NCBI GenBank assembly: GCA_963665275.2
Contig: CAXXIN010000007.1
Location: 96,001 to 160,000, forward strand
Length of the DNA: 64,000 nucleotides
Direction of reading: 5' to 3'
DNA from: Negativicutes bacterium
Lineage (GTDB): Bacteria; Bacillota; Negativicutes; UBA1444
Shown: positions 19,826 to 30,271 of the stretch, piece by piece
Numbering within the stretch: position 1 is the stretch's first letter
Layout: every line of letters begins with the position of its first letter
The notes under the pieces: generated by a model
Seen by the model: the letters and a program-made list of their open reading frames with translations, nothing else
Database searches by the model: none
What the model was told of the DNA's origin: nothing
Position numbers and translations under genes: made by a program

Positions 19826-20923
19826 ATGGACTCAGTATTCAAAGAACGGTACGAGAGAATTTTGAAAGGTATGCAACAGCAATGGGATGGCATCATTTTA
19901 TGGCCCTCGGCCAACCTCTTTTATTTCACCGGCTATGCGCCCAAACCGGACGAACGCCTGCAAATCGCCATCATTCCCGCATCAGGCAACCCCGTGTTCA
20001 TCGTGCCGAAACTGTATGCCAATCAGGCAAGACAAGACTGCTGGATTGCGGATCAACGCGACTGGCGCGATGGCGATGACCTGTACGCTTTGGTAGCGGA
20101 CATCATGGAAGAACTGGGCTTACGGCAGGGAAAATTGGCAATGGATGATACTATGGGCTTCATGCAGGCCGATCCTTTTCTCAAAGCCTGTCCCAAAGGC
20201 GTCATAGGACTGGCCAGCTCAGTATTCACGCCGTTGCGCAACATAAAAGATGCGGCTGAAATCAGCTTGATGAAACAGTCTGGAATTCTCAGCGACGAAG
20301 TCATGCCGCTCGCCCTCGCTGCTTGCGCCGAAGGAAAAACCGAATTGGAAATCAAGGATTTGGTGGAAGTGGAACTGAAAAAGCGCGGTATGGCCGGCCC
20401 CTTCAGCAATTTGATCGCTTCAGGCCCCAACAGCGCCAATCCCCATCATATCTCAGGCGGACGCATTCCCACTACCGGCGATATGGTCTTTTTGGATCTC
20501 GGCGGCGCTTACAAGAAATATTGGTCCGATATTACACGCACCGTTTGCATCGGCCGACCTTCGGATAAAATGCGCGAGGCCTACAAACAAGTGCAGGAAG
20601 CCCAGGCAATGGCCAAGGCGGCGGTCAGACCCGGCGTAGTGGCTGAAGACGTACATGCCATAGCATACAATCATTTGGCCAAGAAAGGCCTGGAAAAATA
20701 TTTCATTCACCGCACCGGGCATGGGATGGGGCTGGACGGTCATGAGCTGCCTTCCATCAACATCGGCAATAAAATGGTGCTGGAACCCGGGATGACTTTT
20801 TCCGTCGAACCGGGAGTCTATTTCCCCGGCGAATTCGGTATCCGCATCGAAGACAGTGTCGTTGTGACCGAAAGCGGCCATCAATCATTCAATCATTTTC
20901 AGCACGACTTAATCTGCTTATAA
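19826..20923 (+). CDS. M24 family Xaa-Pro peptidase
   Basis: DLGG, SDITRT, HRTGHG, HE, EPGVY, GIRIED metal ligands; ATG 19826 best spaced from GGAGG (TTG 19820 is an alternative). Confidence 0.92.
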   Translation: MDSVFKERYERILKGMQQQWDGIILWPSANLFYFTGYAPKPDERLQIAIIPASGNPVFIVPKLYANQARQDCWIADQRDWRDGDDLYALVADIMEELGLRQGKLAMDDTMGFMQADPFLKACPKGVIGLASSVFTPLRNIKDAAEISLMKQSGILSDEVMPLALAACAEGKTELEIKDLVEVELKKRGMAGPFSNLIASGPNSANPHHISGGRIPTTGDMVFLDLGGAYKKYWSDITRTVCIGRPSDKMREAYKQVQEAQAMAKAAVRPGVVAEDVHAIAYNHLAKKGLEKYFIHRTGHGMGLDGHELPSINIGNKMVLEPGMTFSVEPGVYFPGEFGIRIEDSVVVTESGHQSFNHFQHDLICL

Positions 20924-20942
20924 TTTTGAAGGAGGCGCCAAC

Positions 20943-22259
20943 ATGAAATTCATCACCAAATGGTTGGTTAACTTAGTAAGCCGATATCTACCGGACGATT
21001 ACATCCTGGCTTTGGGAATGACTTTGCTGGTATTTGGCGCAGCGCTATTCTGGACTCCTTCCAGCGCCCTCTCTCTAGTGGATTATTGGGGCAAAGGGGT
21101 GGTCAGCCTTTATGGATTTACGACACAAATCATTTTGATCCTGATCACGGGACACGTTTTGGCCAATACAAAACAGGTCAAGAAAATCTTGACGACCATC
21201 AGCGTCTGGCCCAAAACTCCGGAGCAGGCAGTCATGTTCACCGCCGCGATCTCCTACCTTTTATCCTTTCTTAACTGGGGCCTCGGCATGATCGGAGGGG
21301 CCATCTTGGCGCGAAAAGTGGCTACCAACAACCGCGGTACCCACTACCCCATACTCGTAGCCGCAGTGTACGGCGGCACACTTGCCCGCGGTTTTTCCGC
21401 TTCCATCCCTTTGGTTGTAGCTACACCGGGGCATTTCCTGGAGAAAGTGATGGGTGTCATTCCTGTCAGTCAGACCTTGTTTTCTCCACTCAACTGGTTC
21501 ATCGACATCGGCGTTGGAATCCTGTTGGTGCTGACCATGCGATACATGATGCCACCCACCAACGAAGTCATCGGCATTTCGGACAAATTGATCAAAGAAG
21601 ATGAAAAAGTGGAAGAAATACCGGAAATCCTGACTCCGGCCGACCGCTTCAACAACAACAGCATTGCCAGTTATGTCGTGGGAATTTTCGGGTTGGTTTA
21701 TGTCGCCAACTATTTTATGAAAGTTAAGACTTTTAACATCAATATTGACATTGTCATCATTTTCTTTCTAGTTTTGGGCTTCCTGCTGTTCGGCAACCCG
21801 ATGCGATATAAAACCGCATTCTACAATGGGGCCAAAAGTGTAGGCCCCGTATTGCTGCAATTCCCCATATATGCAGGCATGATGGGAATTATGCAACACT
21901 CCGGCCTTACGAACGTCATATCCCAATGGTTCATAAATTGCTCAACGCCCCATAGTTTTCCCTTGATGACTTTTTTAAGTTCTGGCCTGGTCAACATAGC
22001 AATCCCTTCCGGCGGCGGAATATGGGCTGTACAGGGGCCAATCATGATGAAAGCGGCTGAAAAACTGGGCGCCGATATGGGAACGACCTTAATCGCGTTT
22101 ACCTGGGGCGAAGCTTGGACGAATCAAATTCAACCGTTTTGGGCACTGCCAATATTGGCGGTTGCCGGGTTGGGAATCAAGGATATCATGGGCTACTGTG
22201 CAGGTTTCACCATCATTTCCGGCCTGTTCATCGGCATCGTATTAGCTATTGTCGGGTAA
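20943..22259 (+). CDS. AtoE-family short-chain fatty acid transporter
   Basis: LQFPIYAGMMG, IPSGGGIWAVQGP, WGEAWTNQIQPFWALP. Confidence 0.88.
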   Translation: MKFITKWLVNLVSRYLPDDYILALGMTLLVFGAALFWTPSSALSLVDYWGKGVVSLYGFTTQIILILITGHVLANTKQVKKILTTISVWPKTPEQAVMFTAAISYLLSFLNWGLGMIGGAILARKVATNNRGTHYPILVAAVYGGTLARGFSASIPLVVATPGHFLEKVMGVIPVSQTLFSPLNWFIDIGVGILLVLTMRYMMPPTNEVIGISDKLIKEDEKVEEIPEILTPADRFNNNSIASYVVGIFGLVYVANYFMKVKTFNINIDIVIIFFLVLGFLLFGNPMRYKTAFYNGAKSVGPVLLQFPIYAGMMGIMQHSGLTNVISQWFINCSTPHSFPLMTFLSSGLVNIAIPSGGGIWAVQGPIMMKAAEKLGADMGTTLIAFTWGEAWTNQIQPFWALPILAVAGLGIKDIMGYCAGFTIISGLFIGIVLAIVG

Positions 22260-22270
22260 GGAGTAGAAAG

Positions 22271-22312
22271 ACGCCTCCCGTCTTGAACCGTAGAGGTCCG
22301 GACGGGAGGCGT
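22271..22312. repeat. 42-bp hairpin repeat, copy 1 (directly after AtoE stop)
   Basis: ACGCCTCCCGT-20 nt-ACGGGAGGCGT; related copies at 34020 and 36262. Confidence 0.8.
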
Positions 22313-22424
22313 CCGTTATTTGCAACAGCAGATACTTTCTTGGTCGAGAATGGTTAAATCTGGAATACTCGACCCGTCGAGTTTTGGCAATGTAATATTC
22401 AAATATTTGCTCCAAAATAAAAGT

Positions 22425-25400
22425 CGCGCCCGCATGGGGCGCGAAGTGATGGAACGTCCGGGCGCTTATGAAATAAGGAGTTTCAATCCACGCGCCCCGC
22501 ACGGGGCGCGACCTACGTGCCGATGTATGGATCTGTGGCCATCTTGGTTTCAATCCACGCGCCCATAGAAATTTTTGCTTCACGACCATTGTTTCAATCC
22601 ACGTGTCCGCATGGGGCGCGACAACGGAACGGAAGTCTATCATTTCCCAACCAGCGTTTCAATCCACGCGCCCGCATGGGGCGCGACGTTGATAACAGCA
22701 TCAGCATAGCGCCCTTGATCGTTTCAATCCACGCGCCCGCATGGGGCGCGACACCCTGCCAGCGCCAATGTCCCCGTCAGGACGCTTGTTTCAATCCACG
22801 CGCCCGCATGGGGCGCGACGTATTTGGCATGCCGGCTAGATTATGCCCGAAGTTTCAATCCACGCGCCCGCATGGGGCGCGACCTTTCGTTCCACTGTAA
22901 CGCGGCGAACAGCGAAGTTTCAATCCACGCGCCCGCATGGGGCGCGACTTTCTAACGGGGGCAGGGCGTAGATAACGCTGGGTTTCAATCCACGCGCCCG
23001 CATGGGGCGCGACCTCATTTTCGAGTTTTTGAGAATTTGCGTATTGGTTTCAATCCACGCGCCCGCATGGGGCGCGACTGCAGTCTCGGCTGCACGATCA
23101 TGGTTTGAATTGTTTCAATCCACGCGCCCGCATGGGGCGCGACGAGCTTTTTAGAGCAGATTTCACACCGCCGGAGTTTCAATCCACGCGCCCGCATGGG
23201 GCGCGACGCGGCGAGAACGGCATCTACGGTTGCCCAAAAGTTTCAATCCACGCGCCCGCATGGGGCGCGACGATTAGAAGTAAGAAAATTGCGATCCATT
23301 GCCGGTTTCAATCCACGCGCCCGCATGGGGCGCGACCTTCCCGTACTGACTTGCGCTGTAGCCGTTCAAGTTTCAATCCACGCGCCCGCATGGGGCGCGA
23401 CATACGATCCACGATGAACCAACCACCCGAAACACGTTTCAATCCACGCGCCCGCATGGGGCGCGACGCGAAAGGCTAGGCAAGACGGAAAAAGGCTATC
23501 GCGTTTCAATCCACGCGCCCGCATGGGGCGCGACCCATCGGATAGTCGCGAAAGGAACGATTGACGAGTTTCAATCCACGCGCCCGCATGGGGCGCGACG
23601 ATTAGAAGTAAGAAAATTGCGATCCATTGCCGGTTTCAATCCACGCGCCCGCATGGGGCGCGACGAAATCGCTCTTTGATTCGATCCTTCTCATGCTTGT
23701 TTCAATCCACGCGCCCGCATGGGGCGCGACAATCGCGGCTTGCGAGGCAAATCGTACTGCTAGTTTCAATCCACGCGCCCGCATGGGGCGCGACACTCTT
23801 TCTCGGCTTCTTTTTGGTCAAGCCCGAGGTTTCAATCCACGCGCCCGCATGGGGCGCGACAGCAGCAGGCGGTGGAAGATGCGAAGAAAGACCAGTTTCA
23901 ATCCACGCGCCCGCATGGGGCGCGACTTGCTGGGTGTGGATGAGCAGGAGATACCGACGTTTCAATCCACGCGCCCGCATGGGGCGCGACCAAAAAACAT
24001 CAAAGAGGTGGAGAGCCGGGGCGATGTTTCAATCCACGCGCCCGCATGGGGCGCGACCTAGTTTTGCGGCTTCGTAAATGTTCATTTTGTGTTTCAATCC
24101 ACGCGCCCGCATGGGGCGCGACGCGAATATGCGTCATGTTTGGATCCTTTACCAGTTTCAATCCACGCGCCCGCATGGGGCGCGACCGGAGGAAATCAGA
24201 AAGCTGCTGGGAGGAGGTGAGTTTCAATCCACGCGCCCGCATGGGGCGCGACGGTACTCGTTGATATACGGGATAGACCCAGACGTTTCAATCCACGCGC
24301 CCGCATGGGGCGCGACATGGAAAGACTGCGAATTGCGGGGGTGGAAACGGTTTCAATCCACGCGCCCGCATGGGGCGCGACCATGAGGAGGTATTTAAAA
24401 ATGCAATTGAGTAATGTTTCAATCCACGCGCCCGCATGGGGCGCGACTACGATTGTTGGCGAATTGCACATTACCCCCGAGGTTTCAATCCACGCGCCCG
24501 CATGGGGCGCGACACATACCGATAACCATGCAAACGAGGATGATGATGTTTCAATCCACGCGCCCGCATGGGGCGCGACGCCGGGGCAAAGTTACCGCCA
24601 AGCGTGTGACGAGTTTCAATCCACGCGCCCGCATGGGGCGCGACGAACCGTTGTTTCTACCGATTGTTCGAGTCGTTTGTTTCAATCCACGCGCCCGCAT
24701 GGGGCGCGACTGGTCGCTACGGCGATTCGTTTCAGGTCATTCAGTTTCAATCCACGCGCCCGCATGGGGCGCGACCAGGGTTGTATCGCAGCGATTGGCG
24801 CGAGAACAGTTTCAATCCACGCGCCCGCATGGGGCGCGACTGCCTTTTTTTGTGCGCTGTTTAGGGTTCCCCATGTTTCAATCCACGCGCCCGCATGGGG
24901 CGCGACTTGCAAGGCGGCGAATCTTTTGCACAACCGTATGTTTCAATCCACGCGCCCGCATGGGGCGCGACTTCAATAGCCGCCCTTGCATTAAAAACTT
25001 CGGGGTTTCAATCCACGCGCCCGCATGGGGCGCGACCTGACAGGTCTGACGGAGACATTCAAACTGTTGTTTCAATCCACGCGCCCGCATGGGGCGCGAC
25101 CCGCCGTTGGGGACCGTTGGCGTGGGCCACGATGTTTCAATCCACGCGCCCGCATGGGGCGCGACAACCGAAGGGCATATTTTGGCAGCGAGTGCATAGT
25201 TTCAATCCACGCGCCCGCATGGGGCGCGACGGGCGGTAGTGCTGGCCTGCCAGACCCCGCGCGTTTCAATCCACGCGCCCGCATGGGGCGCGACAATAAT
25301 CGATATCCTGATATTCGGCTTGGTATAGTTTCAATCCACGCGCCCGCATGGGGCGCGACTGTTGCAGGATCCGGGCTGATAAAGCTACACCCGTTTCAAT

Positions 25401-25884
25401 CCACGCGCCCGCATGGGGCGCGACTCTTTGACTTTGTTAATGAGAGGCCCCTCGATCGTGTTTCAATCCACGCGCCCGCATGGGGCGCGACGATCACCGC
25501 CGCGTCATCTTCCCATCCGTACATGTTTCAATCCACGCGCCCGCATGGGGCGCGACACCTTTTGTTTTTTGTATGAATATGCGGACTTGGTTTCAATCCA
25601 CGCGCCCGCATGGGGCGCGACTGATCAGAGAAACACTATTCAACTTTAAGGGCGTGTTTCAATCCACGCGCCCGCATGGGGCGCGACGCCAGAACGATTG
25701 AGGCGCAGATTATTGCCGAAACGTTTCAATCCACGCGCCCGCATGGGGCGCGACAAAATGTTCGACGTTCAGGTAAATGGCGGATTGTTTCAATCCACGC
25801 GCCCGCATGGGGCGCGACTGGGGTATGCCCAGCTTAAGGACCGACCCAACCGGTTTCAATCCACGCGCCCGCATGGGGCGCGAC
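22425..25884 (-). CRISPR. Type I-C CRISPR array; repeat GTCGCGCCCCATGCGGGCGCGTGGATTGAAAC (32 nt, transcribed strand); 50 consensus repeats plus 4 decayed trailer repeats
   Basis: Hand count of 50 consensus repeats from 22656 to 25884 with 32-35 nt spacers; degenerate or truncated units at 22425, 22480, 22547 and 22591; the ATTGAAAC end and the decay pattern give orientation. Confidence 0.98.
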
Positions 25885-26052
25885 AGTCTTTTTAGAACCA
25901 TAGAAAAATCATGCATTCCCACACATGATTTCGCGAACCCACTAAACCCAATCTTCCAAACTCTACGAAATTTCCTATTAACTTCCCGAATCCAGCTGTT
26001 TTCCAGCCGTGCGAACTTCCCCCCGGCAAAACTTGTTCGCTTGGAGTTCGCA
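25885..26052 (-). promoter_or_regulatory. CRISPR leader
   Basis: Non-coding segment between cas2 and the first intact repeat; repeated GCGAAC/GTTCGC motifs. Confidence 0.8.
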
Positions 26053-26343
26053 CTACATCAGCAACAAGCCTTCCGGGTCATAACCGCCCTTCGCGCCAGC
26101 ATGTTCCACGCGACTCTTCCAATTATTCCCCAGGAAATAATACCGCAGACTATCCGTCTCAGGATCAATGATACTCTCCAAACGATGCTTTAACTCCGCA
26201 AACTGAGTCGGATCTACCAAACATTCAAACACAGAGTTTTGCACTCGCTGCCCATAATTCACACATTGTTTGGCGACTTTGCGCAGCCGCGTCTTGCCAG
26301 TTTCCGTCGTCACGCTCACATCGTACGTGATCAACACCATCAT
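26053..26343 (-). CDS. cas2: CRISPR-associated endonuclease Cas2
   Basis: LITYDV, YGQRVQNSVFEC, DSLRYY. Confidence 0.97.
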   Translation of the reverse strand: MMVLITYDVSVTTETGKTRLRKVAKQCVNYGQRVQNSVFECLVDPTQFAELKHRLESIIDPETDSLRYYFLGNNWKSRVEHAGAKGGYDPEGLLLM

Positions 26344-26352
26344 TTTATCACC

Positions 26353-27384
26353 TCATTTCCAGAAAAACGGCGGATAATCTTCCAGATCGCCACGCATATG
26401 TCGTGCCATTAACAAAGCCTGAGCATAGGGCACCAAGCCCAAAGGTATCTTTTCTTCCAGATATGGATGCGTGATTTCTTCCTGCTTGCGTTTTTGCCAA
26501 GCAGTTAAAACTTCTTTGCGCGTATCGTCTTCCATAATCACCGCCTCGTTCTCTTTAACGACGAAGCCTTTTCCCGAAATCTGCTTCCGATTGATTAGCG
26601 TCAGCGCCAACCTGTCGGCGAAATGCGGTCGCAATTCTTCCATGAGATCCAGCGCCAAACTCGAACGTCCCGGTCGATCACGATGCAAAAAACCCACCTG
26701 CGGGTCCAAGCCGACACTTTCCAGCGCCGCAGTCACTTCATGCGCCAGTAGCGTGTATAAAAACGACAACAACGCATTCACCGGATCAGTCGGCGGCCTA
26801 CGATTACGATTATTCAGGCAAAACGTTTCTTTTTGCGCCAATATCATTTGATTGAAATTTGCAAAATACGCCCCAGCAGCTTCTCCTTCGATTCCTCGAA
26901 TCACGTCGCCTGTATGCGCTTGCTCCAAACGAGGCATCATGCCTGCCATTAACTCCATCGCCCGTTCCACCGGAGCAGCCTCCACCACATCCGCATGATC
27001 CCGCAACGCCCGATGCAACAGCGCCCGGCTATTGAGAATTTTAGCCGCGATGAAACGACGGGACAGTCGGGTCGAGATTTTCACATCATCAGCCCAACGA
27101 TACTGGGTACGCCGCAGCAACACATTACCGGATACTTTTCCTGTCACACGTCCCATGAATTTACCGAACTCAGTCAAAAAAGAAATCGCAACGCCTCTAT
27201 CGCAGCACAGCTTCATAAGTTTTGGCGACGCACCAGAAAACCCGAAACAAACGATCCCTTCCAAATTATGAACCGGAACGCGAAATTTTACTTCATTCTG
27301 CAATTTGATTAGCACATTCTCGCCATCACAGGCAAGGTACGAATCCGGCAACGTAACATAAAGAGTGTTCAACAGGCGTCTCAA
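26353..27384 (-). CDS. cas1: Type I-C Cas1
   Basis: LLNTLYV, GNVLLRRTQY, RGIEG, RPPTDPVNALLSFLY, GFLH, LALDLMEE, YPPFFWK. Confidence 0.97.
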   Translation of the reverse strand: MRRLLNTLYVTLPDSYLACDGENVLIKLQNEVKFRVPVHNLEGIVCFGFSGASPKLMKLCCDRGVAISFLTEFGKFMGRVTGKVSGNVLLRRTQYRWADDVKISTRLSRRFIAAKILNSRALLHRALRDHADVVEAAPVERAMELMAGMMPRLEQAHTGDVIRGIEGEAAGAYFANFNQMILAQKETFCLNNRNRRPPTDPVNALLSFLYTLLAHEVTAALESVGLDPQVGFLHRDRPGRSSLALDLMEELRPHFADRLALTLINRKQISGKGFVVKENEAVIMEDDTRKEVLTAWQKRKQEEITHPYLEEKIPLGLVPYAQALLMARHMRGDLEDYPPFFWK

Positions 27385-28064
27385 TCACCCACCTCCACAC
27401 GACACATTCGAGCCAAATAGTTGCTCACAGACCGATGCTTCAACATCCATTGCGGCTGGCACTCCTCAACCAAAGAACATTGGGAACAGTGTTTTCCTTT
27501 GGGAGCTTTCGGCGTGATCCCGCTCCGCAGCAGCTCATGGATTCGCAGTGCCAATTCCGTAGTATGGCAGCGCAATTTTTCATCGATCGCCACGGCTTCG
27601 CGCCGCTTGATCTGTGCGTAAAACAGAAATCCTTCCGCAATCGACACACCCATCATTTCTTCCAATGCCATCGCCTGCGCGCAGAGCTGGACCGCATCCC
27701 GGTCATCCGATTTGGGTTTGCCCCGCTTGTATTCCACCGGAACCGGTCGCCACCACCCTTGCCGATCTTTTAGCCTGCACGTTACCCCCTCGATGGCAGC
27801 TTCACTTTGGTAAAATTCCACCACATCAGCTACACCCCGCAGGCCAAGCCGTTGGGATATGAGAGGCATGCTCCGCACAATCCGCAAACTTTTCCGACTC
27901 TCGTCAAAAAACGGATCGTCAGCGCGCTCGTGCAGGTGCTTTCCTTCCACCGTCCGCACATTCTCAGCCCATACCTGTTCCACATGAATGAGTGCCCACT
28001 GCCGCTCACAAAAGGCCATATGCTGGATTCCTGAAAGTAGCAACAGGTCGTCGTCAGCAAACAT
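27381..28064 (-). CDS. cas4: Cas4 nuclease
   Basis: QHMAFCERQ, GVADVVE, EYKRG, QLCAQA, CSQCSLVEEC Fe-S ligands. Confidence 0.96.
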   Translation of the reverse strand: MFADDDLLLLSGIQHMAFCERQWALIHVEQVWAENVRTVEGKHLHERADDPFFDESRKSLRIVRSMPLISQRLGLRGVADVVEFYQSEAAIEGVTCRLKDRQGWWRPVPVEYKRGKPKSDDRDAVQLCAQAMALEEMMGVSIAEGFLFYAQIKRREAVAIDEKLRCHTTELALRIHELLRSGITPKAPKGKHCSQCSLVEECQPQWMLKHRSVSNYLARMCRVEVGD

Positions 28065-28084
28065 TTTTTACATCCTTTTTATTG

Positions 28085-30271
28085 TTACACAATTAGAACT
28101 TCATCACTTGAGTGTTGCCGCCAATCAATTCCATTTAAAATACCGTGCATATATCCAAGAAAGTTATCATATTGATTTGGCAATAACACAGGGAGTTCAG
28201 TTATTTCAACACCTAGCGTCTTTACAACGAATCGTCGTAAATTAACGCTACCTCTTTGCAATTCGCGTGAAGAAACCTGCTCACCCATACTGATTTTTTT
28301 TGCAACTTCTTGATCGGCTAGAACAGTTATTGTATCGTCTTCGATTATTCGAAACTTCTCAGCGACATCGACAAAAGCACACTGTTTGTCAAGTTTGCAG
28401 ATTTCTTCCGGCAATCCGCCTAATTCCTTACACTCCATATCGAAGCCTTCAGTGACTGCAACAGTAATGGTCTGGCTAGTTAATACCCCTGAGTCAATCT
28501 GTTTAAGAAATACGGAACGCGGAATATCAAACAGAGGATTCCGTTGAAAGCCAGCATCAGCTATTGTAAAACAAAGCAGGGTTCCATCTCTATATTCACC
28601 GTTTCGACTGACTCGCCCGCTAAGCTGCCAACAGCTTTGTAATGATCGTAGTTCACAAAATCCATAATGAAATGAAAAATCCATTCCACATTCAACACAA
28701 CTTGTAGCAATCAGCGTCCAGTTTTCGTTGAAGCCAAAATCAGGATTTAATCTACGCTTTACTTCGTCAATAACGCCTTCTCTATCACCTGGCGTCAACG
28801 CCGTTGAGAGGTGAAGAACCTCATGCCCCTCCTCGCGCATTGTTTTGGCAAGAAAGGCAGCTGACCGAACAGTGTCCATAACGACAAGGCGTGAACCTGA
28901 AAAACTTGTGACAAAATCAATCAATTTGGAGACGCTTTCAAAATGCGGCGGTTGAGTTGCCATTATATTGATGGCAACTCTATTTTTTTCATATTCATTC
29001 AATTCACACGAAAGGTCTGAAGAAAGAATTGGTATAACTGAACGTGACGATACTTTCTGGAAAATCGGGTTTCCCCAAAACTTAATGGACGTACCAGAGC
29101 ATAAACAAAAATGGCAACCCCATTGCTCCGTTAATTCTACAATCCATTTCCAGGCTGGAGGCATAAGTAGTGCGGGTAAAGCTGCATGACTTTCATCCAT
29201 GACAATTCCACATCCTGGCAATTGATGAAGTTTTCGCAGCTTTGACGGAATATTGCTTGCCAACGTCTCAAAGAACTGAACAGCAGTAGTTACAATAATA
29301 GGTGCAGACCAAGTTGATGCCAGATGTCGTAATTCGATGTTTTCGAAATCAGCTTGATGATGATGTTCAGCGACTATTGAAGCAGGGTCTTCGCCTTCAA
29401 GAACAATAGCTTCACGTAACACAGCAACAGTCTGCGAGATAATATTTGTAAACGGCAGAACAATAATAATGTGCCGCAGATTATGTGCAATCGCTTTTTG
29501 CAACATATGCGCCACGACAGCGGTTGTTTTGCCAGTTCCGACGGGACTGTCGCAATATACTAGGGCCTCATTGACATTCGCCTCTTCGCAACACTGAAAC
29601 ATTTTTTGCCTAAGCCGATTCCGTTTCGTAGTTGGAGCACCCGCCTGCAAATCATTAACATATTGCTTGAGTCGCTGCAAACGTTTAGCCCAAAGAGTAA
29701 GTGGCAAAACAGCTTTTTCTGCCGACGAATCAGAATAATCAGCATCTACAAGGCAACTTAGCATCATCCGGTATTCCATTGAAGAGATCTTTGATATTTG
29801 CGATAAACCTAATTTTACTCCCTGTATTTCCTCGTTATGCAGTCGCAAATATTCAGTTATGCAAGCATTCGTTTGTTCCTTGACGTCTGTGTTGCGAAAA
29901 GGGTTCGCCTTCAACCTTTCTTCCATCAGATTGGGAAGACCTGGGCGATGATGCGAATAAATCAAGGTTGCAGAAATTTTATTCTGACAATCCTCAAACA
30001 AATATTTACTTCCAGCATCGCGATGGTCAACAGGCAACCGTTTCGCTTTTTTCACACCACAAAGCACAGCTTGATTTAAACTATCAAGCTTTCCCAAGTC
30101 GTGAAACATTGCTGCACCGGCTACCAAAGAACGATAGCTGTCATGCTTTTCATTCAATGCAAATGGTAAAACGGCCTCTATATTTTCACATGAGTTTTCA
30201 AACACCCCAGTCACATGATCATGATAGGACTGGGATGGTTGCCCGTTTCTGGCGCTGTGTGCCAATAACAT
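28085..30271 (-). CDS. cas3: Cas3 HD nuclease-helicase
   Basis: HDLGK, LVDADYSD, Walker A PVGTGKT, DESH, QLSGRVSR. Confidence 0.93.
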   Translation of the reverse strand: MLLAHSARNGQPSQSYHDHVTGVFENSCENIEAVLPFALNEKHDSYRSLVAGAAMFHDLGKLDSLNQAVLCGVKKAKRLPVDHRDAGSKYLFEDCQNKISATLIYSHHRPGLPNLMEERLKANPFRNTDVKEQTNACITEYLRLHNEEIQGVKLGLSQISKISSMEYRMMLSCLVDADYSDSSAEKAVLPLTLWAKRLQRLKQYVNDLQAGAPTTKRNRLRQKMFQCCEEANVNEALVYCDSPVGTGKTTAVVAHMLQKAIAHNLRHIIIVLPFTNIISQTVAVLREAIVLEGEDPASIVAEHHHQADFENIELRHLASTWSAPIIVTTAVQFFETLASNIPSKLRKLHQLPGCGIVMDESHAALPALLMPPAWKWIVELTEQWGCHFCLCSGTSIKFWGNPIFQKVSSRSVIPILSSDLSCELNEYEKNRVAINIMATQPPHFESVSKLIDFVTSFSGSRLVVMDTVRSAAFLAKTMREEGHEVLHLSTALTPGDREGVIDEVKRRLNPDFGFNENWTLIATSCVECGMDFSFHYGFCELRSLQSCWQLSGRVSRNGEYRDGTLLCFTIADAGFQRNPLFDIPRSVFLKQIDSGVLTSQTITVAVTEGFDMECKELGGLPEEICKLDKQCAFVDVAEKFRIIEDDTITVLADQEVAKKISMGEQVSSRELQRGSVNLRRFVVKTLGVEITELPVLLPNQYDNFLGYMHGILNGIDWRQHSSDEVLIV

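Noticed and set aside
24382-24415. Spacer containing SD plus ATG (GAGGAGG...ATG)
   Set aside because: Most simply a captured gene start from a mobile element; no evidence of function in the array
22242-26193. Many short ORFs with repeated VSIHAPAWGAT / FQSTRPHGAR / FNPRARMGRD peptides
   Set aside because: Translations of CRISPR repeats, not genes
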